Assembly: GCA_009914755.4 (NCBI GenBank)
Contig: CP086569.2
Location: 30,112,001-30,176,000, forward strand
Direction: 5' to 3'
Length of the DNA stretch: 64,000 bases
Source: the human T2T-CHM13v2.0 reference genome, Homo sapiens
Shown: piece by piece, positions 1 to 13,900 of the stretch
How positions within the stretch are numbered: position 1 is the stretch's first letter
Layout: each line of letters opens with the position of its first letter
Notes under the pieces: generated by a model
Told to the model about the DNA's origin: nothing
The model's input: only the letters and a program-made list of their open reading frames with translations
Database searches by the model: none
Translations under genes and position numbers: made by a program

Positions 1-259
1 ATTGAATGGAATGGGAACGAATGGAGTGAAATTGTATGCAGTAGAAGGGAATAGAATGCAATGCAAGCGAAAGGAAAGGAATGGATTGGAATGGAATGGA
101 ATTCATTGGAATGGAAGGGAATGTAGTGTAATGGACAGGCCTGGAATAAAGTGGAATGCTACGGTCTCGAATGGAATAAAAATGTATGGAATGGAATGCA
201 ATGAAACGGAATTGAATGTCATAGAATGTAATGGAATGCAAAAAAATGGAATCCAAAAT
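1..259 (+). repeat. HOR unit 0 (partial, 3' end of a unit)
   Basis: Bases 1–259 align with 3585–3843 and 7169–7427, the tails of units 1 and 2, at a 3584-bp offset. They include the HaeIII site at 138–141 and the EcoRI site at 108–113. Confidence 0.85.
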
Positions 260-3200
260 CATTGACTGGAAAGGCTGGGTGTCGAAAGGAATTGACTCCA
301 ATGGAATGGAATCGAATGGAATGGAAGTGAATAGAATCGAACTAAATCGAATGGAATGGAATTGATAGGAACGGAATGGAAAGGAATGCAATGATTTGGC
401 ATGGAATGGAATCGAATGGCATCGAATGGAATGGAATGGAATGCAATGGAATGGAATGTATTAGAATGTAATGAACTTTAATGGAATGTACTCGAATGGA
501 TTCGACTGGAATGGAATGTTGTGGAAGTGAATGGACTCCAATGGAATGGATTCAAAAGGAATGGAATCGTACGGAATGGAATCTAATGGAATGGAATTAA
601 ATGGAAATGAATCAAATTGAATAGCACGGAATTGAATTGAATGGAATGGAATGCAATGGAATCTAATGAAACGGAAAGGAAAGGAATGGAATGGAATGGA
701 ATGGGCTGGAATGGAAAGGAATCGAAACGAATGGAATGGAATCGAACTGAAGAGACTGGAATGGAATGCACTGGAATGGAAGGGAGTGTAATGGAAGGTT
801 GTCGAAAAAAATGGAATCGAATGGAATGGAATTGAATGGAACGGAATAGAGTCGAATGGAATTGAATGGAATGGAATGGACTAGAGTGAAATGGAATCGA
901 ACCACAAGGAATGGACAGGAATAGAATGGTCTCGAATTGAATGGAATCGTATGGAATGGCATCAAACGGAATGGAATGGACAGCCACGGAATGGAATGCA
1001 CTCGAATGCAATGGAGTCGAAACTAATGGACTGGAATAGAATGGACTCGACTGGTACGGACTCCAATGGAATGGAATCGAATGGAAGGGAATCGAACGGA
1101 AGGGAATCGAACGGAATGGACTCGAAGGGAAAAGACTGCAATGGAAAGGTCTCGAATGGAATGGAAATTAATGGAATGGAATCGAATCGAATGAAATGGA
1201 GTCAAAAGGAATGGAATCGAATGGCAAGAAATCGAATGTAATGGAATCGCCAGGAATTGATGTGAACGGAACGGAATGGAATGGAATCCAAAGGAATGGA
1301 ATAGAATGGAATGGAATCGAATGGAAAGGACTCGAATGGAAATCACTCGAATAGAATGCAATTTAATAAAATAGGATCAAATGTAATGGAATGGAATGGA
1401 AAGGAATCGAAACGAAAGGAATGGAGACAGATGGAATGGAATGGAACAGAGAGCAATGGTATAGAATGGAATGGAATCATCTGGAATGGAATTGAATGGA
1501 ATGGAATAATATGAAATGGAATGGAATGGAATGGAATGGAATGCCCTTGAATTAAATGGACTGGAATGGAATGGACTCAAACAGAGTGGAATGGAAAGTG
1601 TGGAGATAGAATGGAATGAACTCCTTTGGAATGGTGTAGTATGCAATGCAATCGACTGGCAGGGAATCAAAAGGAATGTAATCGAATGGATTGGACTGGA
1701 ATGCAATGGACTCGAATAGATTGGAAACGGAATGCAAAGGAATGGAATGGAATAGTATGGAATGCAATGGAAGGGAATGGAGTGGAATAGACTAGAGTGG
1801 AATGGAATGGACTGGAAATCAATGGACTGGAATGGAACTTTCTTGGATGGACTGGAATCAAACGGAATGGAATGCAATGCAATCAAATGGCATGGAATAA
1901 AATAGAATGAAAGAGAATCAAATGGAATTGAATCGAATGGAATCGAATGGATTGGAAAGGAATAGAATGGAATGGAATGGAATTGACTCAAATGGAATGG
2001 ACTAGAATGGAATGGATTCGAATGGAAGGCAAAGGAATGGAATCTATTGGAATGGACTGTAATGGAATGGAATGGAAGGGATTGGAATGTACTCGAATGG
2101 AGTGGACTGCAATAGAAAGGATTCGAATGGAATGAAAAAGAATTGAATGGAATAGAACAGAATGGAATCAAATCGAATGAAATGGAATGGAATAGAAAGG
2201 AATGGAATGAAATGGAATGGAAAGGATTCGAATGGAATGCAATCGAATGGAATGGAATCGAACGGAATGGAATAAAATGGAAGAAAACTGGCAAGAAATG
2301 GAATCGAAATGAATGGAGTGTTATGGAACGGACTCAAAAGGAATTGAGTGTAATAGAATGGAGTGGAGTGGACTCGAATATAATGGACTGGAATGGAATG
2401 AAATCACATGGAATGGGAACGAATGGAATGGAATGGAAAGGAATGGAATCGAATGGAAAGGAATCGAATGGAAGGGAATGAAATTGAATCAACAGGAATG
2501 GAAGGGAATAGAATAGACTGTAATGGAATGGACTCGAATAGAATGGACACGAATGCTCAAATTAAATGGACTCGAATGGAATGGAAAGGAAAGGAATGTC
2601 ATCGAATGGAATTGAATCGATTGGAATGAAATCGCATAGAATGGAGTGGAATCAAATGGAATTGAATCGAAAGGAAAGGAAGCGAATGGACTGAAATGAA
2701 ATGGAATGGATTTGAATGGAAAGTAATGCAATGGAATAGAATGGAACGAAATTTCACGGAATGGAATCAAACTGAATGGAATCAAATCAATGGAATCAAA
2801 TCAAATGGAATGGAAAGGAATTGAATGGAGTAGATGGGATTGGATGGGATTGGAATGAAATGTACTGCAAAGGACTCGAATTTCATGAAACGGAATGGAA
2901 TGAATTGGAACGGAATGGACTCGAATGGAATGGAATGTCATGGGATGGCATCAAATGGAATGGCATCAAATGGAATGGAATCGAATGCAATGGAATGCTA
3001 TGGAATGGAATGGAATGCATTGGAATGGAATGTCCTCTAATGAAATGGATTCGAGTGGAATGGAATTGAATATAATGGAGTCGAATGAAATGGAATTGAA
3101 AGGAATGGGATCGAATACAATGGAATATACTGGAATGTAACGTAATGAACTCGAATGTAATTGACTGGAATGGAATGTACATGAATGGAATGTAATCGAA

Positions 3201-3843
3201 TGGAAAGTAATCCAATGGAATAGAATCTAATGCAATAAAATCGACTCAGATAGAGTAGAATGTAATGGAATGGAGTGCAGTGCAATGGAATGGAATGGAA
3301 TGGAATGCAATGGAATGGAATGGAATGGAATGGAATGGAATGGAATGGAATGGAATGGGATGGAATGGTATGGAATGGATAGTAATGGACTGGAGTGAAA
3401 TGGACTGGAAAGGAATGGACTCAAATTGAAAGGGCTCGAAAGGAATGGAGTCAAATGGAATGGTCTGGAATGGAATGAACACGAATGTAATGCAACCCAA
3501 TAGAATGGAATCGAATGGCATGGAATATAAAGAAATGGAATCGAAGAGAATGGAAACAAATGGAATGGAATTGAATGGAATGGAATTGAATGGAATGGGA
3601 ACGAATGGAGTGAAATTGTATGCAGTAGAAGAGAATAGAATGGAATGCAAGCGAAAGGAAAGGAATGGATTGGAATGGAATGGAATTCATTGGAATGGAA
3701 GGGAATGTAGTGTAATGGACAGGCCTGGAATAAAGTGGAATGCTACGGTCTCGAATGGAATAAAAATGTATGGAATGGAATGCAATGAAACGGAATCGAA
3801 TGTCATAGAATGTAATGGAATGCAAAAAAATGGAATCCAAAAT
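260..3843 (+). repeat. HOR unit 1 (3584 bp)
   Basis: Anchor cattgactgg at 260; next anchor at 3844. Confidence 0.9.
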
Positions 3844-6800
3844 CATTGACTGGAAAGGCTGGGTGTCGAAAGGAATTGACTCCAATGGAATGGAATCGAA
3901 TGGAATGGAAGTGAATAGAATCGAACTAAATCGAATGGAATGGAATTGATAGGAACGGAATGGAAAGGAATGCAATGATTTGGCATGGAATGGAATCGAA
4001 TGGCATCGAATGGAATGGAATGGAATGCAATGGAATGGAATGTATTAGAATGTAATGAACTTTAATGGAATGTACTCGAATGGATTCGACTGGAATGGAA
4101 TGTTCTGGAAGTGAATGGACTCCAATGGAATGGATTCAAAAGGAATGGAATCGTACGGAATGGAATCTAATGGAATGGAATTAAATGGAAATGAATCAAA
4201 TTGAATAGCACGGAATTGAATTGAATGGAATGGAATGCAATGGAATCTAATGAAACGGAAAGGAAAGGAATGGAATGGAATGGAATGGGCTGGAATGGAA
4301 AGGAATCGAAACGAATGGAATGGAATCGAACTGAAGAGACTGGAATGGAATGCACTGGAATGGAAGGGAGTGTAATGGAAGGTTCTCGAAAAAAATGGAA
4401 TCGAATGGAATGGAATTGAATGGAACGGAATAGAGTCGAATGGAATTGAATGGAATGGAATGGACTAGAGTGAAATGGAATCGAACCAGAAGGAATGGAC
4501 AGGAATAGAATGGTCTCGAATTGAATGGAATCGTATGGAATGGCATCAAACGGAATGGAATGGACAGCCACGGAATGGAATGCACTCGAATGCAATGGAG
4601 TCGAAACTAATGGACTGGAATAGAATGGACTCGACTGGTACGGACTCCAATGGAATGGAATCGAATGGAAGGGAATCGAACGGAAGGGAATCGAACGGAA
4701 TGGACTCGAAGGGAAAAGACTGCAATGGAAAGGTCTCGAATGGAATTGAAATTAATGGAATGGAATGGAATCGAATGAAATGGAGTCAAAAGGAATGGAA
4801 TCGAATGGCAAGAAATCGAATGTAATGGAATCGCCCGGAATTGATGTGAACGGAACGGAATGGAATGGAATCCAAAGGAATGGAATAGAATGGAATGGAA
4901 TCGAATGGAAAGGACTCGAATGGAAATCACTCGAATAGAATGCAATTTAATAAAATAGGATCAAATGTAATGGAATGGAATGGAAAGGAATCGAAACGAA
5001 AGGAATGGAGACAGATGGAATGGAATGGAACAGAGAGCAATGGTATAGAATGGAATGGAATCATCTGGAATGGAATTGAATGGAATGGAATAATATGAAA
5101 TGGAATGGAATGGAATGGAATGGAATGCCCTTGAATTAAATGGACTGGAATGGAATGGACTCAAACAGAGTGGAATGGAAAGTGTGGAGATAGAATGGAA
5201 TGAACTCCTTTGGAATGGTGTAGTATGCAATGCAATCGACTGGCAGGGAATCAAAAGGAATGTAATCGAATGGATTGAACTGGAATGCAATGGACTCGAA
5301 TAGATTGGAAACGGAATGCAAAGGAATGGAATGGAATAGTATGGAATGCAATGGAAGGGAATGGAGTGGAATAGACTAGAGTGGAATGGAATGGACTGGA
5401 AAGCAATGGACTGGAATGGAACTTTCTTGGATGGACTGGAATCAAACGGAATGGAATGCAATGCAATCAAATGGCATGGAATAAAATAGAATGAAAGAGA
5501 ATCAAATGGAATTGAATCGAATGGAATCGAATGGATTGGAAAGGAATAGAATGGAATGGAATGGAATTGACTCAAATGGAATGGACTAGAATGGAATGGA
5601 TTCGAATGGAAGGCAAAGGAATGGAATCTATTGGAATGGACTGTAATGGAATGGAATGGAAGGGATTGGAATGGACTCGAATGGAATGGACTGCAATAGA
5701 AAGGATTCGAATGGAATGAAAAAGAATTGAATGGAATAGAACAGAATGGAATCAAATCGAATGAAATGGAATGGAATAGAAAGGAATGGAATGAAATGGA
5801 ATGGAAAGGATTCGAATGGAATGCAATCGAATGGAATGGAATCGAACGGAATGGAATAAAATGGAAGAAAACTGGCAAGAAATGGAATCGAAATGAATGG
5901 AGTGTTATGGAACGGACTCAAAAGGAATTGAATGTAATAGAATGGAGTGGAGTGGACTCGAATATAATGGAGTGGAATGGAATGAAATCACATGGAATGG
6001 GAACGAATGGAATGGAATGGAAAGGAATGGAATCGAATGGAAAGGAATCGAATGGAAGGGAATGAAATTGAATCAACACGAATGGAAGGGAATAGAATAG
6101 AGTGTAATGGAATGGACTCGAATAGAATGGACACGAATGCTCAAATTAAATGGACTCGAATGGAATGGAAACGAAAGGAATGTCATCGAATGGAATTGAA
6201 TCGATTGGAATGAAATCGCATAGAATGGAGTGGAATCAAATGGAATTGAATCGAAAGGAAAGGAAGCGAATGGACTGAAATGAAATGGAATGGAATTGAA
6301 TGGAAAGTAATGCAATGGAATAGAATGGAACGAAATTTCACGGAATGGAATCAAACTGAATGGAATCAAATCAATGGAATCAAATCAAATGGAATGGAAA
6401 GGAATTGAATGGAGTAGATGGGATTGGATGGGATTGGAATGAAATGTACTGGAAAGGACTCGAATTTCATGAAACGGAATGGAATGAATTGGAACGGAAT
6501 GGACTCGAATGGAATGGAATGTCATGGGATGGCATCAAATGGAATGGCATCAAATGGAATGGAATCGAATGCAATGGAATGCTATGGATTGGAATGGAAT
6601 GCATTGGAATGGAATGTCCTCTAATGGAATGGATTCGAGTGGAATGGAATTGAATATAATGGAGTCGAATGAAATGGAATTGAAAGGAATGGGATCGAAT
6701 ACAATGGAATATACTGGAATGTAACGTAATGAACTCGAATGTAATTGACTGGAATGGAATGTACATGAATGGAATGTAATCGAATGGAAAGTAATCCAAT

Positions 6801-7427
6801 GGAATAGAATCTAATGCAATAAAATCGACTCAGATAGAGTAGAATGTAATGGAATGGAGTGCAGTGCAATGGAATGGAATGGAATGGAATGCAATGGAAT
6901 GGAATGGAATGGAATGGAATGGAATGGAATGGAATGGAATGGGATGGAATGGTATGGAATGGATAGTAATGGACTGGAGTGAAATGGACTGGAAAGGAAT
7001 GGACTCAAATTGAAAGGGCTCGAAAGGAATGGAGTCAAATGGAATGGTCTGGAATGGAATGAACACGAATGTAATGCAACCCAATAGAATGGAATCGAAT
7101 GGCATGGAATATAAAGAAATGGAATCGAAGAGAATGGAAACAAATGGAATGGAATTGAATGGAATGGAATTGAATGGAATGGGAACGAATGGAGTGAAAT
7201 TGTATGCAGTAGAAGAGAATAGAATGGAATGCAAGCGAAAGGAAAGGAATGGATTGGAATGGAATGGAATTCATTGGAATGGAAGGGAATGTAGTGTAAT
7301 GGACAGGCCTGGAATAAAGTGGAATGCTACGGTCTCGAATGGAATAAAAATGTATGGAATGGAATGCAATGAAACGGAATCGAATGTCATAGAATGTAAC
7401 GGAATGCAAAAAAATGGAATCCAAAAT
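3844..7427 (+). repeat. HOR unit 2 (3584 bp); near-identical to unit 1
   Basis: Anchor at 3844. Six-frame ORF translations at a 3584-bp offset are identical or differ by 1–3 residues, e.g. 1377..2294 vs 4961..5878. Confidence 0.9.
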
Positions 7428-10400
7428 CATTGACTGGAAAGGCTGGGTGTCGAAAGGAATTGACTCCAATGGAATGGAATCGAATGGATTGGAAGTGAAT
7501 AGAATCGAACTAAATCGAATGGAATGGAATTGATAGGAACGGAATGGAAAGGAATGCAATGATTTGGCATGGAATGGAATCGAATGGCATCGAATGGAAT
7601 GGAATGGAATGCAATGGAATGGAATGTATTAGAATGTAATGAACTTTAATGGAATGTACTCGAATGGATTCGACTGGAATGGAATGTTCTGGAAGTGAAT
7701 GGACTCCAATGGAATGGATTCAAAAGGAATGGAATCGTACGGAATGGAATCTAATGGAATGGAATTAAATGGAAATGAATCAAATTGAATAGCACGGAAT
7801 TGAATTGAATGGAATGGAATGCAATGGAATCTAATGAAACGGAAAGGAAAGGAATGGAATGGAATGGAATGGGCTGGAATGGAAAGGAATCGAAACGAAT
7901 GGAATGGAATCGAACTGAAGAGACTGGAATGGAATGCACTGGAATGGAAGGGAGTGTAATGGAAGGTTCTCGAAAAAAATGGAATCGAATGGAATGGAAT
8001 TGAATGGAACGGAATAGAGTCGAATGGAATTGAATGGAATGGAATGGACTAGAGTGAAATGGAATCGAACCACAAGGAATGGACAGGAATAGAATGGTCT
8101 CGAATTGAATGGAATCGTATGGAATGGCATCAAACGGAATGGAATGGACAGCCACGGAATGGAATGCACTCGAATGCAATGGAGTCGAAAGTAACGGACT
8201 GGAATAGAATGGACTCGACTGGTACGGACTCCAATGGAATGGAATCGAATGGAAGGGAATCGAACGGAATGGACTCGAAGGGAAAAGACTGCAATGGAAA
8301 GGTCTCGAATGGAATGGAAATTAATGGAATGGAATGGAGTCGAATGAAATGGAGTCAAAAGGAATGGAATCGAATGGCAAGAAATCGAATGTAATGGAAT
8401 CGCAAGGAATTGATGTGAACGGAACGGAATGGAATGGAATCCAAAGGAATGGAATAGAATGGAATGGAATCGAATGGAAAGGACTCGAATGGAAATCACT
8501 CGAATAGAATGCAATTTAATAAAATAGGATCAAATGTAATGGAATGGAATGGAAAGGAATCGAAACGAAAGGAATGGAGACAGATGGAATGGAATGGAAC
8601 AGAGAGCAATGGTATAGAATGGAATGGAATCATCTGGAATGGAATTGAATGGAATGGAATAATATGAAATGGAATGGAATGGAATGGAATGGAATGCCCT
8701 TGAATTAAATGGACTGGAATGGAATGGACTCAAACAGAGTGGAATGGAAAGTGTGGAGATAGAATGGAATGAACTCCTTTGGAATGGTCTAGTAGGCAAT
8801 GCAATCGACTGACAGGGAATCAAAAGGAATGTAATCGAATGGATTGGACTGGAATGCAATGGACTCGAATAGATTGGAAACGGAATGCAAAGAATGGAAT
8901 GGAATAGTATGGAATGGAATGGAAAGGAATGGAGTGCAACAGACTAGAGTGGAATGGAATGGACTGGAAAGCAATGGACTGGAATGGAACTTTCTTGAAT
9001 GGACTGGAATCAAACGGAATGGAATGCAATGCAATCAAATGGCATGGAATAAAATAGAATGAAAGAGAATCAAATGGAATTGAATCGAATGGAATCGAAT
9101 GGATTGGAAAGGAATAGAATGGAATGAAATGGAATTGACTCAAATGGAATGGACTAGAATGGAATGGATTCGAATGGAAGGCAAAGGAATGGAATCTATT
9201 GGAATGGACTGTAATGGAATGGAATGGAAGGGATTGGAATGGACTCGAATGGAATGGACTGCAATAGAAAGGATTCGAATGGAATGAAAAAGAATTGAAT
9301 GGAATAGAACAGAATGGAATCAAATCGAATGAAATGGAATGGAATAGAAAGGAATGGAATGAAATGGAATGGAAAGGATTCGAATGGAATGCAATCGAAT
9401 GGAATGGAATCGAACGGAATGGAATAAAATGGAAGAAAACTGGCAAGAAATGGAATCGAAATGAATGGAGTGTTATGGAATGGACTCAAAAGGAATTGAA
9501 TGTAATAGAATGGAGTGGAGTGGACTCGAATATAATGGACTGGAATGGAATGAAATCACATGGAATGGGAACGAATGGAATGGAATGGAAAGGAATGGAA
9601 TCGAATGGAAAGGAATCGAATGGAAGGGAATGAAATTGAATCAACAGGAATGGAAGGGAATAGAATAGACGGTAATGGAATGGACTCGAATAGAATGGAC
9701 ACGAATGCTCAAATTAAATGGACTCGAATGGAATGGAAACGAAAGGAATGTCATCGAATGGAATTGAATCGATTGGAATGAAATCGCATAGAATGGAGTG
9801 GAATCAAATGGAATTGAATCGAAAGGAAAGGAAGCGAATGGACTGAAATGAAATGGAATGGAATTGAATGGAAAGTAATGCAATGGAATAGAATGGAACG
9901 AAATTTCACGGAATGGAATCAAACTGAATGGAATCAAATCAATGGAATCAAATCAAATGGAATGGAAAGGAATTGAATGGAGTAGATGGGATTGGATGGG
10001 ATTGGAATGAAATGTACTGGAAAGGACTCGAATTTCATGAAACGGAATGGAATGAATTGGAACGGAATGGACTCGAATGGAATGGAATGTCATGGGATGG
10101 CATCAAATGGAATGGCATCAAATGGAATGGAATCGAATGCAATGGAATGCTATGGAATGGAATGGAATGCATTGGAATGGAATGTCCTCTAATGGAATGG
10201 ATTCGAGTGGAATGGAATTGAATATAATGGAGTCGAATGAAATGGAATTGAAAGGAATGGGATCGAATACAATGGAATATACTGGAATGTAACGTAATGA
10301 ACTCGAATGTAATTGACTGGAATGGAATGTACATGAATGGAATGTAATCGAATGGAAAGTAATCCAATGGAATAGAATCTAATGCAATAAAATCGACTCA

Positions 10401-10985
10401 GATAGAGTAGAATGTAATGGAATGGAGTGCAGTGCAATGGAATGGAATGGAATGGAATGCAATGGAATGGAATGGAATGGAATGGAATGGAATGGAATGG
10501 GATGGAATGGTATGGAATGGATAGTAATGGACTGGAGTGAAATGGACTGGAAAGGAATGGACTCAAATTGAAAGGTCTCGAAAGGAATGGAGTCAAATGG
10601 AATGGTCTGGAATGGAATGAACACGAATGTAATGCAACCCAATAGAATGGAATCGAATGGCATGGAATATAAAGAAATGGAATCGAAGAGAATGGAAACA
10701 AATGGAATGGAATTGAATGGAATGGAATTGAATGGAATGGGAACGAATGGAGTGAAATTGTATGCAGTAGAAGAGAATAGAATGGAATGCAAGCGAAAGG
10801 AAAGGAATGGATTGGAATGGAATGGAATTCATTGGAATGGAAGGGAATGTAGTGTAATGGACAGGCCTGGAATAAAGTGGAATGCTACGGTCTCGAATGG
10901 AATAAAAATGTATGGAATGGAATGCAATGAAACGGAATCGAATGTCATAGAATGTAACGGAATGCAAAAAAATGGAATCCAAAAT
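7428..10985 (+). repeat. HOR unit 3 (3558 bp)
   Basis: Anchor at 7428. Shares private variants with unit 4: gaaagtaacggactgg near 8188, gactgacagg near 8808, gagtgcaacagactagag near 8933. Confidence 0.9.
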
Positions 10986-13900
10986 CATTGACTGGAAAGG
11001 CTGGGTGTCGAAAGGAATTGACTCCAATGGAATGGAATCGAATGGAATGGAAGTGAATAGAATCGAACTAAATCGAATGGAATGGAATTGATAGGAACGG
11101 AATGGAAAGGAATGCAATGATTTGGCATGGAATGGAATCGAATGGCATCGAATGGAATGGAATGGAATGCAATGGAATGGAATGTATTAGAATGTAATGA
11201 ACTTTAATGGAATGTACTCGAATGGATTCGACTGGAATGGAATGTTCTGGAAGTGAATGGACTCCAATGGAATGGATTCAAAAGGAATGGAATCGTACGG
11301 AATGGAATCTAATGGAATGGAATTAAATGGAAATGAATCAAATTGAATAGCACGGAATTGAATTGAATGGAATGGAATGCAATGGAATCTAATGAAACGG
11401 AAAGGAAAGGAATGGAATGGAATGGAATGGGCTGGAATGGAAAGGAATCGAAACGAATGGAATGGAATCGAAGTGAAGAGACTGGAATGGAATGCACTGG
11501 AATGGAAGGGAGTGTAATGGAAGGTTCTCGAAAAAAATGGAATCGAATGGAATGGAATTGAATGGAACGGAATAGAGTCGAATGGAATTGAATGGAATGG
11601 AATGGACTAGAGTGAAATGGAATCGAACCACAAGGAATGGACAGGAATAGAATGGTCTCGAATTGAATGGAATCGTATGGAATGGCATCAAACGGAATGG
11701 AATGGACAGCCACGGAATGGAATGCACTCGAATGCAATGGAGTCGAAAGTAACGGACTGGAATAGAATGGACTCGACTGGTACGGACTCCAATGGAATGG
11801 AATCGAATGGAAGGGAATCGAACGGAATGGACTCGAAGGGAAAAGACTGCAATGGAAAGGTCTCGAATGGAATGGAAATTAATGGAATGGAATGGAGTCG
11901 AATGAAATGGAGTCAAAAGGAATGGAATCGAATGGCAAGAAATCGAATGTAATGGAATCGCAAGGAATTGATGTGAACGGAACGGAATGGAATGGAATCC
12001 AAAGGAATGGAATAGAATGGAATGGAATCGAATGGAAAGGACTCGAATGGAAATCACTCGAATAGAATGCAATTTAATAAAATAGGATCAAATGTAATGG
12101 AATGGAATGGAAAGGAATCGAAACGAAAGGAATGGAGACAGATGGAATGGAATGGAACAGAGAGCAATGGTATAGAATGGAATGGAATCATCTGGAATGG
12201 AATTGAATGGAATGGAATAATATGAAATGGAATGGAATGGAATGGAATGGAATGCCCTTGAATTAAATGGACTGGAATGGAATGGACTCAAACAGAGTGG
12301 AATGGAAAGTGTGGAGATAGAATGGAATGAACTCCTTTGGAATGGTCTAGTAGGCAATGCAATCGACTGACAGGGAATCAAAAGGAATGTAATCGAATGG
12401 ATTGGACTGGAATGCAATGGACTCGAATAGATTGGAAACGGAATGCAAAGAATGGAATGGAATAGTATGGAATGGAATGGAAAGGAATGGAGTGCAACAG
12501 ACTAGAGTGGAATGGAATGGACTGGAAAGCAATGGACTGGAATGGAACTTTCTTGAATGGACTGGAATCAAACGGAATGGAATGCAATGCAATCAAATGG
12601 CATGGAATAAAATAGAATGAAAGAGAATCAAATGGAATTGAATCGAATGGAATCGAATGGATTGGAAAGGAATAGAATGGAATGAAATGGAATTGACTCA
12701 AATGGAATGGACTAGAATGGAATGGATTCGAATGGAAGGCAAAGGAATGGAATCTATTGGAATGGACTGTAATGGAATGGAATGGAAGGGATTGGAATGG
12801 ACTCGAATGGAATGGACTGCAATAGAAAGGATTCGAATGGAATGAAAAAGAATTGAATGGAATAGAACAGAATGGAATCAAATCGAATGAAATGGAATGG
12901 AATAGAAAGGAATGGAATGAAATGGAATGGAAAGGATTCGAATGGAATGCAATCGAATGGAATGGAATCGAACGGAATGGAATAAAATGGAAGAAAACTG
13001 GCAAGAAATGGAATCGAAATGAATGGAGTGTTATGGAATGGACTCAAAAGGAATTGAATGTAATAGAATGGAGTGGAGTGGACTCGAATATAATGGACTG
13101 GAATGGAATGAAATCACATGGAATGGGAACGAATGGAATGGAATGGAAAGGAATGGAATCGAATGGAAAGGAATCGAATGGAAGGGAATGAAATTGAATC
13201 AACAGGAATGGAAGGGAATAGAATAGACGGTAATGGAATGGACTCGAATAGAATGGACACGAATGCTCAAATTAAATGGACTCGAATGGAATGGAAACGA
13301 AAGGAATGTCATCGAATGGAATTGAATCGATTGGAATGAAATCGCATAGAATGGAGTGGAATCAAATGGAATTGAATCGAAAGGAAAGGAAGCGAATGGA
13401 CTGAAATGAAATGGAATGGAATTGAATGGAAAGTAATGCAATGGAATAGAATGGAACGAAATTTCACGGAATGGAATCAAACTGAATGGAATCAAATCAA
13501 TGGAATCAAATCAAATGGAATGGAAAGGAATTGAATGGAGTAGATGGGATTGGATGGGATTGGAATGAAATGTACTGGAAAGGACTCGAATTTCATGAAA
13601 CGGAATGGAATGAATTGGAACGGAATGGACTCGAATGGAATGGAATGTCATGGGATGGCATCAAATGGAATGGCATCAAATGGAATGGAATCGAATGCAA
13701 TGGAATGCTATGGAATGGAATGGAATGCATTGGAATGGAATGTCCTCTAATGGAATGGATTCGAGTGGAATGGAATTGAATATAATGGAGTCGAATGAAA
13801 TGGAATTGAAAGGAATGGGATCGAATACAATGGAATATACTGGAATGTAACGTAATGAACTCGAATGTAATTGACTGGAATGGAATGTACATGAATGGAA

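Noticed and set aside
131-175. Non-pentameric stretches that could be foreign insertions, e.g. ggacaggcctggaataaagtggaatgctacggtctcg and aaaatcattgactggaaaggctgggtgtcgaaaggaattgactcc
   Set aside because: They recur at the same position in every unit. They are recognisably pentamer-derived with substitutions. They are fixed parts of the HOR, not insertions.
1377-2294. Long six-frame ORFs were considered as possible genes. On the – strand these reach 305–318 aa (e.g. 1377..2294, 19214..20170, 51251..52192) and translate as IPFHS... On the + strand there are dozens of ORFs translating as MEWNG...
   Set aside because: They translate the pentamer repeat itself. (GGAAT)n and its complement contain no stop codon in any frame, so long ORFs are expected by composition. 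The 'proteins' are low-complexity 5-residue periodic strings with no start context, no domain-like segments and overlapping ORFs in several frames. The same ORFs recur every 3.56 kb.
3827-3833. A7 homopolymer (ggaatgcaaaaaaatgg) once per unit, as a possible retroposon poly-A tail
   Set aside because: There is no adjacent retroelement body or target-site duplication. It is part of every HOR unit, and in units 10, 11, 12 and 17 it is interrupted as caacaaaatgg.
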